From contig JBCDCE010000012.1 in the NCBI GenBank assembly GCA_039182515.1, positions 47-64,046 of the forward strand: a stretch of 64,000 nt of DNA, written 5' to 3'. The notes under the pieces are model-generated. The model did no database searches and had not been told where the DNA came from. It saw only the letters and a program-made list of their open reading frames with translations. This DNA is from Pseudomonadota bacterium. Its GTDB lineage: Bacteria; Pseudomonadota; Alphaproteobacteria; Rhodobacterales; Rhodobacteraceae. The first letter of the stretch is position 1, and each line of letters opens with the position of its first letter. The position numbers and the translations under genes were made by a program. Shown piece by piece: positions 27,499 through 36,188 of this stretch.

Positions 27499-29777
27499 GT
27501 GTTGCTAAGCCCCTCCCGCATGATAGCGCGGCGCTGCATGTCACCGGAGCCGCCCGCTACGTGAGCGATATTCCCTTGCCGCAGGGCGCATTGCATCTTG
27601 CCTTTGGGTTAAGCGAGATTGCACATGGCAGACTTAACAGTATGGACCTTGAGGCTGTGCGCGCGAGCGACGGGGTCGTCGCGATCCTAACCGCAAGCGA
27701 TCTGCCCGCCGCGAATGACGTTTCCCCATCTGTGCATGACGAGCCACTTCTGGCGACGGATCATATTCACTACATGGGCCAGCCCCTCTTTATAGTAATA
27801 GCGACCTCACATCGTTGGGCGCGGATCGCGGCTCGAAAGGCAAGTGTTGATGTGAGCCCCTTGCCCGCCTGCCTCACAATCGACGAAGCTTTGGCGGCAG
27901 GGAACCGGTTTGAAGATGGGCCCCGCGTTTGGGAACGCGGAGACTATACACTGATCAATAAGGCACCCTTCCGGCTTTCCTCGCGCCTTGAGCTGGGGGG
28001 GCAGGAGCACTTTTATCTCGAAGGCCAAGCGGCCGCTGCTCTGCCGCAAGAGGCGGGCGATATGCTGATCCATGCCTCCTCACAACACCCGACCGAAATT
28101 CAACACAAGGTCGCTGAGGCCCTGGGCACACATATGCACAGCGTGCGCGTGGAAGTGCGCCGGATGGGCGGTGGGTTCGGTGGCAAAGAGAGCCAAGGTA
28201 ATGCGCTCGCTGTTGCCTGTGCGATCGCGGCTCAGGCCACAGGCAAGCCCTGTGCGATGCGCTACGACCGTGACGATGATATGGTCATCACAGGCAAACG
28301 CCATGAGACCCGCGTGGATTATGACGTGGGCTTTGATGCAACCGGCAAGATCCTAGCACTTGATGTGACCCATGCGATGCGGTGCGGTTGGGCTCAGGAT
28401 CTCAGCCTGCCCGTAGCAGACCGCGCAATGCTGCATGCTGACAACGCCTATTACCTGCCCAATGTGCGCATCACCTCGCACCGCTTGCGCACCAACACAC
28501 AAAGCGCCACCGCCTTTCGCGGCTTTGGTGGGCCGCAAGGGATGGCGGGGATGGAGCGGATCATCGATCATATCGCGCACCATCTAGATCTCGATCCATT
28601 GGCGGTGCGCAAAGCCAATCTCTACGATGGCAGCGGGCAAACCACGCCATATGGGCAAGTGGTTGAAGGATCTGTGCTGCCCAATCTGATCGATAGGCTT
28701 GCGCAGAGCGCCGACTATGCTGCGCGGCGGCAAGCTGTGGCGGATTGGAATGCATCTCACAAGGTGCTCAAAAAGGGGATCGCGCTGACGCCCGTTAAGT
28801 TCGGGATCTCATTTACGCTCAGCCACCTCAACCAAGCGGGCGCTTTGGTGCATGTTTATCAGGATGGCTCTGTGCATCTCAATCACGGCGGCACGGAAAT
28901 GGGCCAAGGGCTCTTTCAAAAGGTGGCGCAGGTCGCCGCAGATCGCTTTGGGGTCCCGCTGGATACGATCAAAATCACGGCCACAGACACCGGCAAAGTG
29001 CCCAACACGTCCGCCACAGCTGCGTCTTCCGGCTCGGACCTCAACGGGATGGCTGTCAAAGCCGCTTGTGACACAATCCGAGATCGCATCGCTGTTTGCT
29101 TGGCAGAAATGCACCAAGCCAAGCCGGATGATGTCGTTTTCAAAGACGGTCAGGTGCAGGTGGGCGACAACATTTTGACCTTCGCCCAAGCGGCTCAAAC
29201 GGCCTACGAGGCGCGCGTGAGCCTCTCCTCTACCGGGTTCTATAAAACACCCGACCTGAGTTGGGACCGGATCAAAGGGCAAGGCCGCCCGTTTTATTAC
29301 TTTGCTAACGGTGCCGCAGTAAGCGAAGTGGTGATCGACACGCTCACTGGAGAAAATCGGATCTTGCGCGTGGATATTTTGCATGATGCGGGCCGCTCGT
29401 TGAACCCCAGCTTAGACATCGGCCAAATTGAAGGCGGGTTCGTGCAGGGCGCTGGATGGCTCACGATGGAAGAGCTCGTTTGGGACGACACCGGCAAGCT
29501 GCGCACGCATGCGCCCTCCACCTACAAAATCCCTGCGATGCGAGATCGCCCGGATGTGTTCAACGTCGCCCTTTGGGACGGGGAGAACGCGGAAGACACG
29601 ATCTACCGCTCAAAAGCCGTAGGCGAGCCGCCCTTCATGCTGGGAATTTCCGTATTTCATGCGCTGTCCCATGCCGTTCAAGCCTGCGGGCCACACTATC
29701 CTGATCTCCAAGGGCCAGCCACGCCCGAAGAACTCAACCGCGCGGTGTCTCGCGCCACAAAAAGTGCAGACACATGA
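27495..29777 (+). CDS. xdhB: Xanthine dehydrogenase molybdopterin-binding subunit
   Basis: 760 aa with the GGGFGGKE motif. Its start overlaps the xdhA stop by 4 nt. Confidence 0.9.
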   Translation: MSVAKPLPHDSAALHVTGAARYVSDIPLPQGALHLAFGLSEIAHGRLNSMDLEAVRASDGVVAILTASDLPAANDVSPSVHDEPLLATDHIHYMGQPLFIVIATSHRWARIAARKASVDVSPLPACLTIDEALAAGNRFEDGPRVWERGDYTLINKAPFRLSSRLELGGQEHFYLEGQAAAALPQEAGDMLIHASSQHPTEIQHKVAEALGTHMHSVRVEVRRMGGGFGGKESQGNALAVACAIAAQATGKPCAMRYDRDDDMVITGKRHETRVDYDVGFDATGKILALDVTHAMRCGWAQDLSLPVADRAMLHADNAYYLPNVRITSHRLRTNTQSATAFRGFGGPQGMAGMERIIDHIAHHLDLDPLAVRKANLYDGSGQTTPYGQVVEGSVLPNLIDRLAQSADYAARRQAVADWNASHKVLKKGIALTPVKFGISFTLSHLNQAGALVHVYQDGSVHLNHGGTEMGQGLFQKVAQVAADRFGVPLDTIKITATDTGKVPNTSATAASSGSDLNGMAVKAACDTIRDRIAVCLAEMHQAKPDDVVFKDGQVQVGDNILTFAQAAQTAYEARVSLSSTGFYKTPDLSWDRIKGQGRPFYYFANGAAVSEVVIDTLTGENRILRVDILHDAGRSLNPSLDIGQIEGGFVQGAGWLTMEELVWDDTGKLRTHAPSTYKIPAMRDRPDVFNVALWDGENAEDTIYRSKAVGEPPFMLGISVFHALSHAVQACGPHYPDLQGPATPEELNRAVSRATKSADT

Positions 29778-30706
29778 GCTTTGACAGAGCAGATCTGCAG
29801 GCCAAAGTGGCCGCCCACGGGCAGGTTTGGCGGGTGGTTGTGGCCGCAACCAAGGGATCTGTGCCCCGGGAGGTTGGCGCGAGCATGCTTGTGTGGCGCA
29901 ACGGGCAATCTGGCACCATTGGCGGTGGTGCGCTCGAACTACAAGCTGCTCAAACGGCCCTCAATCTGACAAAAGACACTGTCACAACCCATCCGCTCGG
30001 CCCAGCGCTTGGGCAGTGTTGCGGAGGGGCGGTGACCCTGCTCACGGAAGCTTACGAACAATCCCGTGCAGAGAGTTTAGCCGAGGGTATTTTTGCACGT
30101 GGACCTGGACAAAAGCCGCTCTCAGTGACCCGACGCTTGCGCGAAATCCGCGACGGGCGGCGCAAAGCTGAGCCTGAGTATCTCGATGGTTGGATGATCG
30201 AGCCTGAGAGTTTGCCTGCCCGCGCGCTTTGGATCTGGGGAGCGGGCCATGTGGGCCGCGCTTTGGTGAACACCTTCGCACCTCTGAAGCGCTTTGAGAT
30301 CACATGGGCTGACACAAGCTTGTCTCGGTTTCCAGACTCTCTTCCTGCTGGCGTCACACCCACGGCGGCAAGGGATCTCACTCAGCTTATCGCCTATGCC
30401 CCGCCTCAAGCAGAGCATGTAATTTTGACCTATAGCCACGAGATCGACTTCGCGCTGTGTCACACCCTCCTAAATCATGGCTTTGGCTGGTGCGGACTCA
30501 TTGGATCCGCGACCAAATGGGCGCGGTTTAGAAGTCGTCTCAAAAAACTTGGTCACTCAGACGATCAAATTGCGCGCATCACTTGCCCCATTGGCGATCC
30601 AAGCCTCGGCAAAGAGCCGCAAGCAATTGCCCTTGGTCTGGCCTACGAACGGTTGCGTGCATCTGAGAGTGTCGCCACGCATCACCATAAGGAAATCACA
30701 GTATGA
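29774..30706 (+). CDS. xdhC: Xanthine dehydrogenase accessory protein
   Basis: 310 aa with XdhC/CoxI-like layout. Start/stop overlaps with the genes on both sides. Confidence 0.8.
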   Translation: MSFDRADLQAKVAAHGQVWRVVVAATKGSVPREVGASMLVWRNGQSGTIGGGALELQAAQTALNLTKDTVTTHPLGPALGQCCGGAVTLLTEAYEQSRAESLAEGIFARGPGQKPLSVTRRLREIRDGRRKAEPEYLDGWMIEPESLPARALWIWGAGHVGRALVNTFAPLKRFEITWADTSLSRFPDSLPAGVTPTAARDLTQLIAYAPPQAEHVILTYSHEIDFALCHTLLNHGFGWCGLIGSATKWARFRSRLKKLGHSDDQIARITCPIGDPSLGKEPQAIALGLAYERLRASESVATHHHKEITV

Positions 30707-32184
30707 GCGGACTTCTCACGCTTCAAAATGTCACCAAAGCCTACCCGGGCGTTGTGGCCAATGATGATGTGTTCATGGCGCTTAAATCCGGCGAGGTGCA
30801 TGCGCTCTTGGGTGAAAATGGAGCGGGTAAGTCCACGCTCGTGAAGATGATTTACGGGCTGGTTAAACCAGACAGCGGCACGATGCAGATGATGGGCGAG
30901 GCCTTCAGCCCCAAAACCCCCAATGAGGCCCGTGCGCGCGGTGTCGCGATGGTGTTTCAACACTTTTCGCTCTTTGGCGCTTTGTCGGTGGCGGAGAATA
31001 TCGCGCTTGGGATGAGCAATCCGCCAAAACTGCGGGACTTGTCGCGCAAGATCGAAGAGGTTTCTGAGGCTTACGGGCTTCCGCTGAAAGCCGGGCGTTT
31101 GGTCGATACCTTGAGCGCAGGCGAGCAACAGCGGGTCGAGATTGTGCGCTGCCTTTTGCAAGAGCCTAAGCTTTTGATCATGGACGAACCGACAAGCGTT
31201 TTGACCCCGCAGGAGGTCGATGTGCTCTTCGGAACCCTACGGCGCTTGCGCGATGAAGGAACGGCAATCTTGTACATTTCGCACAAGCTCGAAGAGATCC
31301 GAACCCTCTGCGACAGCGCAACCATTCTGCGCGGCGGCAAGGTTGTGGGCACCTGCGTTCCAGCTGAGACCTCGGCGCGCGACATGGCAGAAACAATGGT
31401 CGGTGAGCGGTTCGCCGTGCCTAAGCGCAAAACAGGTGACGTGGGCGATGTGCGGTTTGCAGCTCGAAACCTCGCGAGCGATGGTTTGCGCAACGTGAGC
31501 TTTGACGTGCTTGCAGGCGAAATTCTGGGCATCGGCGGTGTGGCTGGCAACGGACAAGACGCGCTCATGTCGGCTCTTTCAGGCGAAACGCTCAGCGCTG
31601 CGGATGCGCTCACCTTCGATGGCAAACCGATTGGCAATATGGGCGTGTCTGCGCGCCGTCTCTTGGGTGTTCTAACGGCTCCAGAAGAACGCTTGGGCCA
31701 TGCGGCTGTGCCAGATATGAGCCTTACGGAGAATGCAGCCCTATCCGGCCTTGAGCGCAAAGAGTTGGCCACAACTGGCTTTGTCAGCTGGGCCAAGGCA
31801 AAAGACTTCGCCGAAACCGTGATCCTGCGTTTTGATGTGCGCACACCGGGGGCAGGCACCGCTGCGCGCGCGCTTTCAGGCGGGAACTTGCAGAAATTCG
31901 TCATGGGCCGCGAGATCAGCCAGCAGCCTGAGGTCTTTGTGGTCAATCAACCCACATGGGGTGTGGATGCAGCCGCCGCCGCTGCGATCCGGCAAGAGTT
32001 ATTAGATCTCGCAGCGCAAGGCTGTGCTTTGGTTGTGGTGAGCCAAGATCTTGACGAGCTCATCGAAATTTCGGATCGCTTTGCGGCCCTCAATGAGGGC
32101 CGCTTGAGTGCTGCGCGGATGACCGCAGACCTGACTATGGAAGATATTGGCCTGATGCTGGGAGGCGCGGATGCTCACGCTTGA
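30703..32184 (+). CDS. ABC transporter ATP-binding protein (tandem NBDs), purine/nucleoside-type importer
   Basis: GENGAGKST, LSAGEQQR and LSGGNLQK motifs. 493 aa. Confidence 0.85.
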   Translation: MSGLLTLQNVTKAYPGVVANDDVFMALKSGEVHALLGENGAGKSTLVKMIYGLVKPDSGTMQMMGEAFSPKTPNEARARGVAMVFQHFSLFGALSVAENIALGMSNPPKLRDLSRKIEEVSEAYGLPLKAGRLVDTLSAGEQQRVEIVRCLLQEPKLLIMDEPTSVLTPQEVDVLFGTLRRLRDEGTAILYISHKLEEIRTLCDSATILRGGKVVGTCVPAETSARDMAETMVGERFAVPKRKTGDVGDVRFAARNLASDGLRNVSFDVLAGEILGIGGVAGNGQDALMSALSGETLSAADALTFDGKPIGNMGVSARRLLGVLTAPEERLGHAAVPDMSLTENAALSGLERKELATTGFVSWAKAKDFAETVILRFDVRTPGAGTAARALSGGNLQKFVMGREISQQPEVFVVNQPTWGVDAAAAAAIRQELLDLAAQGCALVVVSQDLDELIEISDRFAALNEGRLSAARMTADLTMEDIGLMLGGADAHA

Positions 32185-33259
32185 AAAACGCCCCATACCG
32201 TCAAAGCTTTGGTCTTATCTGACGCCACTCATCGCGCTTTTGCTCACTATGATTGCGGGCGGGATCATGTTTTGGCTGTTGGGCAAAGATCCTTTCGCGG
32301 CCCTGCGCACGATTTTCCTGGACCCGATCTTCAACGAGCAATTTGCAAGCTATGCGCGCCCACAACTTTTGATTAAAGCCGGGCCGTTGATCTTGATCGC
32401 GGTTGGCTTGGCCATCGGGTTTCGCGCGGGCGTTTGGAACATTGGGGCCGAAGGCCAATATATTATTGGCGCGATTTGTGGTGCAGCCGTGGGGCTTGCC
32501 TTCTACCCAACAGAAAGTTGGATCATTTTCCCGCTTATGGTGCTCGCGGGCATGGTGGGCGGTGTCGCTTGGGCGATGATCCCCGCTTTGTTGAAGGTGA
32601 AGTTCAACACCAATGAAATCCTCGTCTCGCTCATGCTCGTGTATGTGGCCCAAGAGGTTTTGTCGAAAATGGCCCTGGGGCCTTTGAAAAACCCCGATGG
32701 CGCGGGCTTTCCAGGCAGTCGCAATCTTCAACAATACCCGTCGGCTCATAACGCTGAGATCTGGGCTGGGACATCCATCCATTGGGGCATCATCATCGCG
32801 TTTTTTGCCGTTGTGGCAGGTTTTGTCTTGATGTCCCGACATAAGCTGGGCTTTGCGATCCGGCTGATGGGCGAAAGCCCAAGGGCTGCGCGGTTTGCAG
32901 GTGTCACCCCCTCTTGGATCGTCGTGATCTGTTTGGGGATTGCGGGCGGAGCCGCTGGGCTTGCGGGGCTCTTTGAGGTCTCGGGACCATCGGGCCAAAT
33001 CAGCATTGATTTTGCCTCGGGCTATGGCTTCACAGCGATCATCGTGGCCTTCTTGGGGCGCTTGCACCCCATTGGCATCTTGGCTGCCGGCTTACTTATG
33101 GGCGTAACATATATCGGCGGCGAGCTTGCTCAGTTTATGATCGGCCTGCCCTCTGCGGCGATCCAAGCCTTCCAAGGCATGCTTCTGTTCTTTCTGTTGG
33201 GCTCAGAGATCTTGATCAATTACCGCGTGCGCTGGAGCAGCGCCGCAAAGGAGGCGTGA
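32171..33259 (+). CDS. ABC transporter permease
   Basis: 362 aa, multi-TM, within the BMP-type transporter operon. Confidence 0.85.
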   Translation: MLTLEKRPIPSKLWSYLTPLIALLLTMIAGGIMFWLLGKDPFAALRTIFLDPIFNEQFASYARPQLLIKAGPLILIAVGLAIGFRAGVWNIGAEGQYIIGAICGAAVGLAFYPTESWIIFPLMVLAGMVGGVAWAMIPALLKVKFNTNEILVSLMLVYVAQEVLSKMALGPLKNPDGAGFPGSRNLQQYPSAHNAEIWAGTSIHWGIIIAFFAVVAGFVLMSRHKLGFAIRLMGESPRAARFAGVTPSWIVVICLGIAGGAAGLAGLFEVSGPSGQISIDFASGYGFTAIIVAFLGRLHPIGILAAGLLMGVTYIGGELAQFMIGLPSAAIQAFQGMLLFFLLGSEILINYRVRWSSAAKEA

Positions 33260-33262
33260 GCC

Positions 33263-34189
33263 ATGGGCAGCATTGATCCAACCCTCCTTATCGCTTCGCT
33301 CTTAGTCGCCTCAACCCCCATTCTGCTTGCAGCGCTTGGGGAATTGGTGACTGAGAAAGCGGGTGTTCTGAACCTTGGCGTGGAAGGCATGATGATCACA
33401 GGCGCGATCTGTGGCTTTGCTGTGGCCGTTGAGAGCGGCTCACCTTGGCTTGGCTTTGTTGCAGGAGCGGGCGGTGGCGCGCTTTTGTCCATGGTCTTTG
33501 CCATACTCACCCAGTTTTTCCTCTCCAACCAAGTGGCAACAGGCTTGGCGCTCACGCTGTTTGGTCTTGGGTTTTCTTCGATGATTGGTCAAGGCTATGT
33601 GGGGATCGTGCCGCCGGATGTGCCAGATGTGCCGTTTGGCGCGCTGGCTGAGATCCCGGTTTTGGGTCCAATTTTCTTTTCCCACGATGCGATGCTCTAC
33701 ATCGGATTGATGCTTGTCGTTTTGGTTTGGTGGGTGCTGCGTGCCACGCGGCTGGGGCTCGTGTTGCGCGCAGTGGGCGAAAACCATGATGCGGCTCATG
33801 CTTTGGGCTACCCCGTGCTTTTGGTGCGCTTCGGCGCGATTGCTTTTGGTGGCGCCTTGGCGGGGCTTGGCGGCGCTTACTTGAGCCTCGTGCGTGTGCC
33901 GCAATGGACCGAAGGCATGACGGCGGGTGCGGGATGGATCGCACTTGCAATTGTTGTTTTTGCCTCTTGGAGACCGATACGCGTGCTCTGGGGTGCCTAT
34001 CTTTTTGGCGGGATCACTGTTTTACAACTCAACCTCCAAGCGGCAGGCGTTGCAATTCCGGTGGAATACTTGTCCATGAGCCCGTATTTGATCACAATCT
34101 TTGTGCTCGTTTTAATGTCTGCCAGAAAAGCTGGTGGACGCTTAAATGCGCCCGAAAGTCTCGGACGCACCTTCCATGCTTCGCGCTAG
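33263..34189 (+). CDS. ABC transporter permease
   Basis: 308 aa, multi-TM, second permease of the operon. Confidence 0.85.
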   Translation: MGSIDPTLLIASLLVASTPILLAALGELVTEKAGVLNLGVEGMMITGAICGFAVAVESGSPWLGFVAGAGGGALLSMVFAILTQFFLSNQVATGLALTLFGLGFSSMIGQGYVGIVPPDVPDVPFGALAEIPVLGPIFFSHDAMLYIGLMLVVLVWWVLRATRLGLVLRAVGENHDAAHALGYPVLLVRFGAIAFGGALAGLGGAYLSLVRVPQWTEGMTAGAGWIALAIVVFASWRPIRVLWGAYLFGGITVLQLNLQAAGVAIPVEYLSMSPYLITIFVLVLMSARKAGGRLNAPESLGRTFHASR

Positions 34190-34213
34190 CGCGGAGTAAG
34201 ACAAACCAAGGGG

Positions 34214-35293
34214 ATGTATGAAATGACCTTTAAGACCTTGCTGACCGGCACCGTTATGGCGCTTGGCCTAGCGACAGCCGCTGTGGCTCAAGACAAAACC
34301 AAAGTTGGGTTCATCTATGTCGGCTCGATCGGCGATGGCGGCTGGAACTATGAGCATAACCAAGGCCGCTTGGCTGTCGAAGACGCTTTGGGCGATGCGG
34401 TTGAGACCACCTACATTGAGCGGGTACCAGAAGGGGCCGACGCTGAGCGCGTCATGACGCAAATGGCTCTGTCAGGCCATGATCTGATCTTCACGACATC
34501 TTTTGGCTACATGGATCCGACAATCAACGTTGCTGCGAAATTTCCAAACGTGAAATTCGAGCATGCAACCGGCTACAAACGGGCAGACAACGTCTCCACC
34601 TACTCTGCGCGCTTCTATGAAGGCCGGGCTGTGATCGGGCATGTTGCTGGCAAGATGACCAAAACCAACAAGGTCGGCTACATCGCCAGCTTCCCGATTC
34701 CTGAAGTGATCCGTGGCATCAACGCGGCCTATCTTCATGCGGCACGTGTGAACCCGGACGTCGAATTCAACGTGATCTGGGTCTACACCTGGGAAGATCC
34801 CGCGAAAGAGGCAGACGCTGCGAAAGCTCTGATTGACCAGGGTGCAGATGTGATCATGCAGCACACAGATACTACAGCGCCTATGCTTGTGGCTGAAGAA
34901 GCGGGCGTAATGGCGTTTGGTCAAGCTTCGGACATGTCTGCGTCAGGCCCAACTGCGCATTTGACGTCTATCATTGATGACTGGGCGCCCTACTATATCG
35001 CGCGCACAAAAGCGGTCATGGATGGCACTTGGACAAGCATCGACACTTGGGACGGTATCGAGCCTGGGATGGTTGCATTTGCTGAATTTTCCTCACAGAT
35101 CCCAGCAGATGTTGTGGCTGAGGCAAAGCAAATGATCGAAGACATTTCGAGCGGCGCTTACTACCCGTTTACCGGTCCTATCAACAAACAAGACGGTTCC
35201 GTGTGGCTAAAAGATGGCGAAATTGCGGACGATGGCACGCTTGCAACCATGGATTTCTACATTGAAGGCGTGACTGGCGATATTCCTAACTAA
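34214..35293 (+). CDS. BMP-family (basic membrane protein) ABC transporter substrate-binding protein
   Basis: Signal peptide ...LLTGTVMALGLATAAVAQ and BMP/PnrA-like layout (GFIYVGSIGDGGWN). Confidence 0.85.
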   Translation: MYEMTFKTLLTGTVMALGLATAAVAQDKTKVGFIYVGSIGDGGWNYEHNQGRLAVEDALGDAVETTYIERVPEGADAERVMTQMALSGHDLIFTTSFGYMDPTINVAAKFPNVKFEHATGYKRADNVSTYSARFYEGRAVIGHVAGKMTKTNKVGYIASFPIPEVIRGINAAYLHAARVNPDVEFNVIWVYTWEDPAKEADAAKALIDQGADVIMQHTDTTAPMLVAEEAGVMAFGQASDMSASGPTAHLTSIIDDWAPYYIARTKAVMDGTWTSIDTWDGIEPGMVAFAEFSSQIPADVVAEAKQMIEDISSGAYYPFTGPINKQDGSVWLKDGEIADDGTLATMDFYIEGVTGDIPN

Positions 35294-35336
35294 AGCACAA
35301 AGCCTTCACTAAAAGGTTAACAAAAATGAACGATTT

Positions 35337-35368
35337 GGCCCGGGATTTCCCGGGCCTTTTGTCTTTTT
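35337..35368 (+). terminator. Rho-independent terminator after the BMP gene
   Basis: 8-bp GC stem GGCCCGGG / CCCGGGCC with a 4-nt loop, followed by TTTTGTCTTTTT. Confidence 0.75.
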
Positions 35369-35637
35369 GATCATCTTTTGATAAGTTTCGTCTCGAACGG
35401 TTAAGAATCACTCGATTTTTTTGCCAAAAAATATGGTGGCGTTAACCATCCCGTTAACAAATAGTTAGCGGGAAACCAAAAACTGTGGCCGAAATTTGAC
35501 CTAAATGTGGTGTTTCCGCTACACACAAACCACAACTACTAGTTGCATCGCCACATTCCGAACAAATTCTTTGACTCAAACCCGCGCCAGGGCAATCGCT
35601 GTAATGTCAATACACATCTTACTTTCGGAGCCTGACC

Positions 35638-36171
35638 ATGACTGCCATCACAAAACGCCTCGATGTCGCGAACAAAGCACCAGCTTTTAAGACTGACTTC
35701 GCTCACGTTTCACCTGCTGCGGGTGTTGAAGTAGCGAACAAAGCGCCATCGTTCCGGACAGACTTTGCAAACAAAGCACCTGCCTTCGCAAACGACGTTG
35801 AAATTGCAAACAAAGCACCGTCTTTCTCCGTAGACGTCGCCAACAAAGCACCAGCCTTCCGCGTCGATGTGGCGAATAAAGCGCCTGCGTTCGACGTAGA
35901 AGTTGCAAACAAAGCGCCAGCCTTCCGCGTCGATGTGGCAAACAAAGCACCTGCGTTCGACGTAGAAGTTGCAAACAAAGCACCAGCGTTCCGCGTCGAC
36001 GTGGCAAACAAAGCGCCTGCTTTCGACGTAGAAGTTGCAAACAAGGCACCAGCCTTCCGCGTCGATGTGGCAAATAAAGCGCCTGCTTTCGATGTCGAAA
36101 TCGCTAACAAAGCGCCATCCTTTCGTGTAGAAGTTGCAAATAAAGCGCCTGCTTTTGATATCGCAGCCTGA
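35638..36171 (+). CDS. Tandem-repeat protein of 177 aa with 14 copies of ANKAP[AS]F; candidate multi-core precursor peptide
   Basis: ATG preceded by GGAG 7 nt upstream. The protein reads MTAITKRLD-(VANKAPAFKTDF)-AHVSPAAGVE-(VANKAPSFRTDF)(ANKAPAFANDVE)(IANKAPSFSVD)-[VANKAPAFRVD VANKAPAFDVE]x4-(IANKAPSFRVE)(VANKAPAFDIAA). Copies differ at synonymous positions only in this frame. No signal peptide and no Cys. Confidence 0.7.
   Translation: MTAITKRLDVANKAPAFKTDFAHVSPAAGVEVANKAPSFRTDFANKAPAFANDVEIANKAPSFSVDVANKAPAFRVDVANKAPAFDVEVANKAPAFRVDVANKAPAFDVEVANKAPAFRVDVANKAPAFDVEVANKAPAFRVDVANKAPAFDVEIANKAPSFRVEVANKAPAFDIAA
35836..36099 (+). repeat. Four near-identical 66-bp (22-codon) tandem units inside the repeat gene
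   Basis: The unit GTCGCCAACAAAGCACCAGCCTTCCGCGTCGAT GTGGCGAATAAAGCGCCTGCGTTCGACGTAGAA is repeated 4 times. Third-position changes include GCA/GCG, CCA/CCT, GCC/GCG/GCT, AAC/AAT, AAA/AAG and GAT/GAC. Confidence 0.9.
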
Positions 36172-36188
36172 TAAGGACAAACTCCAAC

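Noticed and set aside
31071-33067. Minus-strand ORFs 31071..31946 (291 aa) and 32201..33067 (288 aa)
   Set aside because: They are antisense to the ABC ATPase and permease genes and have shadow-ORF composition.
35836-36099. The tandem repeat as a possible CRISPR array
   Set aside because: The units are contiguous at 33/66 bp with no unique spacers, they sit inside a coding frame, and no cas genes are nearby.
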